Origin: Paraphysomonas bandaiensis | Lineage: Eukaryota > Protista > Chrysophyceae | Direction of reading: 5' to 3' | Assembly: GCA_965644295.1 (NCBI GenBank) | Contig: CBFFRP010000625.1 | Coordinates: 1 to 5,142, forward strand | Length of the DNA: 5,142 nucleotides | Shown: positions 1 to 5,142 of the stretch, piece by piece | Position numbering within the stretch: the first letter of the stretch is position 1 | How the letters are laid out: each line of letters starts with the position of its first letter | Notes under the pieces: model-generated | What the model saw: only the letters and a program-made list of their open reading frames with translations | Database searches by the model: none | Told to the model about the DNA's origin: nothing | Made by a program: the position numbers and the translations under genes

Positions 1-2
1 TC

Positions 3-500
3 GTTGTAGCACCAAAGGCAACGAAACCTTTCATCAGAATTTGTGGAGACTATAGAAGGATTAATAAGGAGATTCTTTCACCGCATTATCCGATCCCTGA
101 TGTGATTACCGAGTTACATAAAGCGGTAGGATATAAAATCTTTGTTGATCTTGATATATGCAATGCGTTCCATGGTATAAGATTACACAATGAAACATCA
201 GCGTTGTTGTCAGTTCAGACCCCATGGGGCCAATTTGAGCCAATGTTTCTTCCAGAAGGTGTCTCTCCGGCTAGTGGTGTTCTAATGCAAATAGTTTATG
301 ATGTCTTTGCTGAATACTCGGAGTGGATGGTTGTAATTTTCGACAATCTATTGTTACTTGCATATGATTATGAGGATGCATTTCAGAAATTGAAGTTGGT
401 CATTGAGAAGTGCAAATATTATAACATTGTGTTAAAGTTGTCAAAAAGTAAGTTTGGATTTTCTTCAGTTGAGTTCTTCGGATATCTTTGTAAGGATAAT
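3..500 (+). other. Reverse transcriptase core domain of Pol, non-canonical motif C (IFDN)
   Basis: RICGDYRRIN; motif A DLDICNAFHGI (Asp at 153-155); TPWGQF..LPEG (motif B, normally PFG); VVIFDNLL at the YxDD position (336-347); then LKLSKSKF..VEFFGY. Boundaries are approximate. Confidence 0.9.
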
Positions 501-3023
501 ACATATTGTCTAACGGATCAGCGTAAAAGTGCAGTGACGTCAATTCCGTTTCCAGAAGGCAAGAATAAGACTAGAGAGATGCAGCGGTTTCTAGGAGCGG
601 CGATTTACTTCAAGCCGTTTATTCCTCTGTACAGTGATTTGACTCATTACTTGAACGATACAACTAGAAAGGGTTTCAACTGGGATGAGAGTACTTGGAA
701 AGTTGATTATCGTCATGAGTTTGAGGTTTTTAAGGAAGCTATTTTGCGTTCAATGATGCTATACCATCCAGATTATAATCTCAGGTGGATTTTAATGACT
801 GATGCGTCTGAGTATGCATGTGGTGGTGTTCTTATTCAGATTTTTATTAATGAGAACAACGAGGAGATTTTTCAGGTCATAGCTATGGTTTCTAAAAAAT
901 TTTCAGATCTTGCTTTCAAATGGTCAACTATAGACAAGGAATGTTTTGGAATATTCTATTCTATCTTTAAGTTGTCGTACTACTTGAGAGGAAAACACTT
1001 TACGATTATGACGGATCATGCAAATCTAAAGTGGATGGAAATTTCAGTGGTTGACCGAATAGTTCGAATGAGAATGTTCATGCAAAACTTTGATATGGAT
1101 TTGTTACATTTCAAAGGTAAACTAAATCGTTTCGCGGATTGGTTATCAAGAATGGGACAGGAGAGAGCAGCTTCTTGTGTCATGTTGTTAGATCTTTGTC
1201 TTGAAGATTCATGTTCAGATATTGAATTGTGTCTAGGAGTGGAGTATGAGAATTCTAGTCTGTTGTCGGAAGACCAACTTTTTATGTATGATGAGAGTGG
1301 TATGTTGTCAGCGGAGGCAGATGATCTTGCTTGTGTTTCAGAATTCCCAGAGGAACTAGTCAAAGCCTTGGATGAGTTAGCTAGTCAGAATTTACAGCCA
1401 AAGTCTCTAAAAGAAGCTTTTGATCTAGTACACAATGGTAGAATGGGTCATCACGGAGCTAAGAGAACATGGTTGAAACTTAGTAAGGTATTTCCGGGTC
1501 ATACCTTGACAACAGAAATTATCCAAGATTTTATTGATCGATGTCCTATTTGTCAAAAGTTAGGTTATGATATGAGTACATCGTTGCAAGCACCGATAAG
1601 AGCATTAAATCTTGATAATTGCAGACATTTTGTGGGTTTCGATACATTGACTGTTACTCCGGTAGATGCTAATGGTTATTGTTGTATTCATGTGGTGAAA
1701 CAATTACCATCTCGCCTAGTAGGAATATATCCAGCTCGTAATTACTCAGCAGAGGGAGTGGCACGTGCTTTGTTCAGTTACTTTGTCACATATGGAATTT
1801 CTGAAGTGATGGTATCGGATCCAGGTTCGAATATCACAGCTAGGGTTGTTCAGTTACTCCTGAAATGGTTTGGAGTCCGTTTTAGAATGTCGTTAGTGAA
1901 TAGACATGAGTCCAACATGGTGGAACGAAGTAATCGGGAATTATTGCGTTTTCTTAGTGCATTGGTTCATGACGAAAGATTAGAAAATTGGAGTGACCCA
2001 GAATGCTATTTGTTGATACAATTTATTCTCAACGATGAAATTTCAAGTGAGACGGGTCTTTCACCTTTTGAGTTTACGTTTGGAACAATGGATTCAAAGT
2101 ATTTTCATATCCCTGACAGTTCTTCAGATGAATTTGCTTCTTCGACTTATATTTCCAATTTCAATGATAACCTTAAAGCTATCAGGAAAATTGCGTGTGA
2201 AGTTCAGAAGAAAATTCAGAATAAACGTATGTCCAAAACCCCAGCAGAGAAAATGACTCAATATCAACCAGGCCAGCTTGTTTTGTTTAAACTGGATGTA
2301 ACGAAACATAAGCCGTCCAAATTATATCCTCGATTCAAAGGACCGTATGAAGTAGTATCCACGTACAAGGCCGATGTTATTTGTACTCATTTAGTAATGC
2401 GGTTTGATGTGACGTTACATATGTCTTGGTTGAAGCCATTCTTTGGTAGCAAGGAGGAGGCTTTTCGCATAGCAATGATTGACTATAGGCAATTTTCTCT
2501 TGACAAAGTGGTGGCTTATAGAGGGGACCCCGAAAAAAGAACTACTATGGATTTCAGAGTTCTCTTCTCCGATCAATCGTTGTTGTGGATGCCATACTCT
2601 ACTGATCTTGCGACAAGTGAAGCTTTTCATGAATATATTTTCAGTGTCCCTGAATTGTTTCCCTTACGTTTTTCTGCAAAGGAAGCAGTGCAACAGAAGA
2701 CTAAACTCAAGAAGTGTGTTATATCCACTGTGATACCTGGAGACGTTGTCTTTGTTAATCTTCGAGCGTGGGGTGCAGACTTCTATGACGCTTTAGAATT
2801 ACCTAATGCATATGATACTCTTTATGTAGTTCAATGTGTCTATAAGCGTTGGGCGGGCCGCAAAAGGATCACTATTGATGTGTATTGTTCTCTCTTTAAC
2901 TCTACTTTTGAATGGTCAGCCTATGATGTCCAGAACTATGGAACTACACGAGATTTTAACCCTGACACCATGGTTCTGGTAGACTCCGCCTTCTGTGCCA
3001 AATTTCCCAATATCCTCTCTTAA
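3..3023 (+). CDS. pol: Gypsy Pol polyprotein, 5'-partial (RT, RNase H, integrase, chromo-like and extra C-terminal module)
   Basis: Frame 3 is open from base 3 and reads VVAPKATKPFIRICGDYRRINKEILSPHYPIPDV, matching the Gypsy RT N-terminal pattern K..RxCxDYRxLN..YPxP. It continues into the 973-aa ORF with no stop until TAA 3021-3023. Confidence 0.95.
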   Translation, partial: VVAPKATKPFIRICGDYRRINKEILSPHYPIPDVITELHKAVGYKIFVDLDICNAFHGIRLHNETSALLSVQTPWGQFEPMFLPEGVSPASGVLMQIVYDVFAEYSEWMVVIFDNLLLLAYDYEDAFQKLKLVIEKCKYYNIVLKLSKSKFGFSSVEFFGYLCKDNTYCLTDQRKSAVTSIPFPEGKNKTREMQRFLGAAIYFKPFIPLYSDLTHYLNDTTRKGFNWDESTWKVDYRHEFEVFKEAILRSMMLYHPDYNLRWILMTDASEYACGGVLIQIFINENNEEIFQVIAMVSKKFSDLAFKWSTIDKECFGIFYSIFKLSYYLRGKHFTIMTDHANLKWMEISVVDRIVRMRMFMQNFDMDLLHFKGKLNRFADWLSRMGQERAASCVMLLDLCLEDSCSDIELCLGVEYENSSLLSEDQLFMYDESGMLSAEADDLACVSEFPEELVKALDELASQNLQPKSLKEAFDLVHNGRMGHHGAKRTWLKLSKVFPGHTLTTEIIQDFIDRCPICQKLGYDMSTSLQAPIRALNLDNCRHFVGFDTLTVTPVDANGYCCIHVVKQLPSRLVGIYPARNYSAEGVARALFSYFVTYGISEVMVSDPGSNITARVVQLLLKWFGVRFRMSLVNRHESNMVERSNRELLRFLSALVHDERLENWSDPECYLLIQFILNDEISSETGLSPFEFTFGTMDSKYFHIPDSSSDEFASSTYISNFNDNLKAIRKIACEVQKKIQNKRMSKTPAEKMTQYQPGQLVLFKLDVTKHKPSKLYPRFKGPYEVVSTYKADVICTHLVMRFDVTLHMSWLKPFFGSKEEAFRIAMIDYRQFSLDKVVAYRGDPEKRTTMDFRVLFSDQSLLWMPYSTDLATSEAFHEYIFSVPELFPLRFSAKEAVQQKTKLKKCVISTVIPGDVVFVNLRAWGADFYDALELPNAYDTLYVVQCVYKRWAGRKRITIDVYCSLFNSTFEWSAYDVQNYGTTRDFNPDTMVLVDSAFCAKFPNILS
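786..1151 (+). other. Ty3/Gypsy-type RNase H domain of Pol
   Basis: All four acidic catalytic positions are present: TDAS (Asp 801-803), DKEC (Glu 939-941), TDH (Asp 1014-1016), ADWLSR (Asp 1137-1139). Confidence 0.92.
1431..2450 (+). other. Integrase: HHCC zinc finger, DDE core and GPY/F module
   Basis: HNGRMGH (1431-1451) ... CPIC (1542-1553); GFDT (Asp 1641-1643); VSDPGS (Asp 1818-1820); NMVERSN (Glu 1923-1925); TGLSPFE; KLYPRFKGPYEV (GPY 2340-2348); LHMSWLKPF. Confidence 0.92.
2490..2643 (+). other. Degenerate chromodomain-like module after the integrase
   Basis: FSLDKVVAYRG...MDFRVLFSD..LLWMPY..L...AFHEY resembles the chromodomain pattern (y.vekIl..r....eylVkW....tWep..l + helix) and sits where chromoviruses carry it. 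The canonical Trp is Phe and the following aromatic is absent. Judged by eye. Confidence 0.55.
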
Positions 3024-3088
3024 TTTAGAATTTTCCTAATTTCCGGAATCTCTTAATTTAGAATTTTCCTAATTTCCGGAATCTCTTA
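3016..3088 (+). repeat. Perfect 33-bp tandem duplication (2.2 copies) spanning the pol stop codon
   Basis: TCTCTTAATTTAGAATTTTCCTAATTTCCGGAA at 3016-3048 and 3049-3081, plus a partial TCTCTTA at 3082-3088. Confidence 0.97.
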
Positions 3089-3094
3089 TCCGTT

Positions 3095-3110
3095 GGAAGG
3101 AAAAAGAGGG
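3095..3110 (+). promoter_or_regulatory. Polypurine tract (plus-strand primer)
   Basis: GGAAGGAAAAAGAGGG, 16 consecutive purines, separated from the TG that opens the LTR by TAG. Confidence 0.9.
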
Positions 3111-3124
3111 TAGTGTCACGCAGC

Positions 3125-3260
3125 AGTATACACTGCGTGTATTTGTATATAGAATACTGTGCTGTATATAGTGTGTATATATCGTATATATCTGGAGCAG
3201 TATATGGTATATATATGGTATACATATGCATATAGAGGTTGTCATATACAGGGTATATTC
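3125..3260 (+). repeat. Low-complexity GTATATA/(TA)n-rich segment in the U3 part of the LTR; may contain the TATA element
   Basis: Many GTATA(TA) motifs, e.g. gtatatag, gtatatatcgtatatatc, ggtatatatatggtatacata. No single TATA box can be picked out. Confidence 0.6.
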
Positions 3261-3425
3261 ACTGTATTTGGGACTTACCTTTATCAGTTTACGACATTCG
3301 AGGCTTTCAGTTTAGTAGCTGAGATACGTTTTTCAGTTTCTGACGGCGATTCACATTTGATTTGGACTGAAGTCCAGAACTTCGAAGTTTTAGTACAAAA
3401 TACGTGATTTCGTAGATAGTCGAAG

Positions 3426-3485
3426 TTTTCGTATGTGAATATTGGTTTTAGTACGTGAATATTGTTTTTCGAGTGTGAAGTGTTG
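3426..3485 (+). repeat. Degenerate 20-bp tandem repeat (~3 copies) inside the LTR
   Basis: TTTTCGTATGTGAATATTGG / TTTTAGTACGTGAATATTGT / TTTTCGAGTGTGAAGTGTTG. Confidence 0.75.
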
Positions 3486-3713
3486 ATCGTAGTGTAGTGT
3501 TGATCTACGTTGAACGAGATGGGTGTTTGCTCATTCTTGTCGCTGACTTTATAATTTACTTTTCTTAAAGAGCACCTACGGTTTGTTAGTGTTTCTGGCA
3601 GTGCGCCCGTCGTTGCGCCCTGGACAGTATCGCAGCCCGCTGGCGGATACTATTTTGGTGGGTTGTAGAGTTTAGACAAGAGATCATCTTTTCTTGGTCC
3701 ATTCAGAGTTGAG

Positions 3714-4910
3714 TCACGGTTTGTGAGTCATCTGCGGGCACAGAAAAGTTACAAACTTCTTTTTGTACGCATCAATAGCAGGACGATGGTGATGAGTACC
3801 TCGTCGACCATATCGTGTGTATGCATTGCTCATAGCAGTCCTAATCTTAGCATCTTTTTGGCCATGCTGTGGCTTCGCATAGTACTGAACAATTATCTCG
3901 CCCGTAGTCTTGTTATAAACGCCAGCAAAGTCCCCCACCTTGCGTATCTTCTTCTTTAGCATATCCGTTTGAAGCTTGAATCGATTAGGGTGGACGGCTC
4001 CAATGTACTTAACGTTTTGTCGATTCAAGAATTCCCTAGTTGAGCTAGAATGGTAAAACGAGTCAAAGACAAGCAAGGTATCGACGTCTTTGTCCACATA
4101 AGGACCATCTAGTACATGTCGACACCACATTTGTACCACTTGAGAAACCGGAAATGACCCTTCGTCTAATTTACTAACATCATGTAGGCATAAATGCAAC
4201 AAGTAGGACAAACCATTGGACAAAATTGATGCTAGCTGATAGAACCACAGCCCCACTCTATCAGGCTTGCTAAAAACCACACGAACATTATCACTTTCAC
4301 CAAAAAAGCGAAGCAACTTTTCGTCCCCTGCAACATAGGTACCAATATGCCTGACAATACTCATAAAATTAGCTGACAACTCTTCCAGATACGTGCTATC
4401 AACCAGAAAATGAGACAAAACAAGTTCACAACCAACGATTCCGAACGTCTTGACGAGGTATTTCTCCTCAAAATATTTCTTGAACGCCTTGATTTGAAGG
4501 CGCAAAGGACGGGTCCGTGCTTTGACACTAACAGGTACACACTGCTCACCATAAATTCGAATCTTAATAGCCAATATGCAATATATCTTTTTTAAAGACA
4601 ACCGCAGTGTCCATCCATTGAAGTATCTGAGTTCATGTTCAGGAATTTCCGATGCAATCTTCGTGACAAAGGCAGGAGGGAGAAACTTCAAGAAAATCTC
4701 CAAAAGAGATGCCCTTTGACCCCCTTTTCGCACATTAAAACACAGATGGCGTTTCTCGCGTATAGCATGAGGCCGCTTGAATGACTCTTTGTCGAAATTA
4801 ATCAAACGCCATTGTCTTCTCTCTCTAAACTTACAGGCGTCGGCAGCAGCTTTTTTCGTGCGCTTCCTTTTGGTCCCTTTCGCGCGCTTTTGAGTTGCTC
4901 CTGAAACCAT
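3714..4910 (-). pseudogene. piggyBac-like (PGBD / DDE_Tnp_1_7-type) transposase, C-terminally disrupted
   Basis: YVAGDEKLLRFFG...SKPDRVGLWFY (first Asp D196, 4323-4325); LVFDSFYHS (second Asp D283, 4062-4064); YIGAVHPNR; RPAIDAYKKKF (precedes the third Asp in piggyBacs). The ATG has ACA-ATG-G context and an in-frame TGA four codons upstream. The N-terminus is K/R-rich and NLS-like. The third Asp and Cys-rich C-terminus are absent, and the last 12 residues appear to be read from antisense LTR. Confidence 0.82.
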
Positions 4911-5060
4911 TGTTAGTTGTCAGCAAGTGGCAATTAATGTCAATTACCTGCACTTTAATTTTATATTGAATTGACTGATCAGCAGTGTAGATGTAAGTGT
5001 CACAAGTGTTGAGATGTTTTAACAGTTACAGTTTTTTGCAGTTGGCACAACAAAATCCCG

Positions 5061-5123
5061 TACTTATCCTATGAGAGGGGACAAAAAAACGAAAAAAAAG
5101 CTACTTATGGATATTACTTATGG
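5061..5123. repeat. Short repeated motif TACTTAT(GG) upstream of the transposase; possible subterminal repeats
   Basis: TACTTAT at 5061-5067; TACTTATGG at 5102-5110 and 5115-5123. Confidence 0.4.
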
Positions 5124-5142
5124 TTAGCCCTAATTATTAGTC

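Larger units (their letters stand above)
1..3753 (+). mobile_element. Ty3/Gypsy LTR retrotransposon, 3' part (5' LTR, gag, protease and RT N-terminus lie upstream of the window)
   Basis: Domain order RT-RNase H-integrase (Gypsy, not Copia), GPY motif in the integrase, and a polypurine tract directly followed by TAG-TGTCACG. The right boundary is inferred from GTTACA at 3748-3753. Confidence 0.93.
3114..3753 (+). repeat. Probable 3' LTR (~640 bp)
   Basis: Starts TGTCAC right after the PPT (well supported). Ends GTTACA, whose reverse complement TGTAAC matches TGTCAC at 5/6 positions; this end coincides with loss of transposase motif similarity on the - strand. No second LTR copy is present in the window to confirm it. 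Confidence 0.72.

Noticed and set aside
102-104. ORF-track start codon for pol
   Set aside because: It is a GTG inside the RT domain; the frame is open and RT-like from base 3.
3-500. Bacterial RT system (retron, DGR, group II intron, defence RT)
   Set aside because: Fusion to Ty3-type RNase H and integrase plus PPT and LTR identifies an LTR retrotransposon.
1016-2733. Short ORFs overlapping pol (1016-1363 -, 2035-2256 +, 2124-2309 -, 2415-2630 -, 2479-2733 +)
   Set aside because: Shadow or alternate frames of a motif-rich pol with no recognisable features.
3016-3088. 33-bp repeat as a CRISPR array
   Set aside because: The units are directly adjacent with no spacers, there are no cas genes, and the context is a retrotransposon.
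3159-3407. 82-aa ORF in the LTR
   Set aside because: Product of TA-rich low-complexity sequence with a GTG start and no motif.
3621-3626. TGGACA as the LTR 3' end (4-bp inverted match to TGTC)
   Set aside because: It would leave 3627-3753 unexplained, with no transposase motifs there in the frames I read. GTTACA at 3753 fits the transposase breakpoint. Not fully excluded.
3700-3752. GTAACT on the - strand as an intron donor or a frameshift rescuing the transposase C-terminus
   Set aside because: Alternative frames give an immediate TAA or NFSVPADDSQTVTQL-stop with no convincing third-Asp context, and no downstream exon is visible. LTR insertion is simpler.
3723-4595. Short ORFs overlapping the transposase (3723-3959 +, 4361-4552 -, 4410-4595 +)
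   Set aside because: Antisense or alternate-frame shadows with no support.
4662-4668. CGTGACA, a perfect reverse complement of the LTR start TGTCACG
   Set aside because: It lies inside uninterrupted transposase coding sequence (FVTK); a chance 7-mer.
3714-4910. Minus-strand ORF as an env-like or antisense accessory gene of the retrotransposon
   Set aside because: It lies almost wholly beyond the inferred 3' LTR and has piggyBac DDD motifs.

Overview
This window is nested eukaryotic transposon DNA, not a prokaryotic locus. Bases 1-3753 are the 3' part of a Ty3/Gypsy (Metaviridae-like) LTR retrotransposon on the + strand. Its pol frame is open from the window edge (3..3023; the ORF-track start at 102 is an internal GTG) and runs RT - RNase H - integrase (HHCC, DDE, GPY) - chromodomain-like module - extra ~125-aa C-terminal module. 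It is followed by a 33-bp tandem duplication over the stop codon, a polypurine tract (3095-3110) and a probable ~640-bp 3' LTR (TGTCAC 3114 ... GTTACA 3753). Bases 3754-4910 carry a piggyBac-like DDD transposase on the - strand. Its recognisable similarity stops at the inferred LTR end, about four codons before the expected third catalytic Asp, so the retroelement most likely inserted into and disrupted it. The most unusual feature is the RT: in an otherwise intact pol, YxDD reads IFDN and the motif-B PFG reads PEG, suggesting a divergent Gypsy lineage with a non-canonical RT active site. All calls come from reading motifs by eye; no searches were run.
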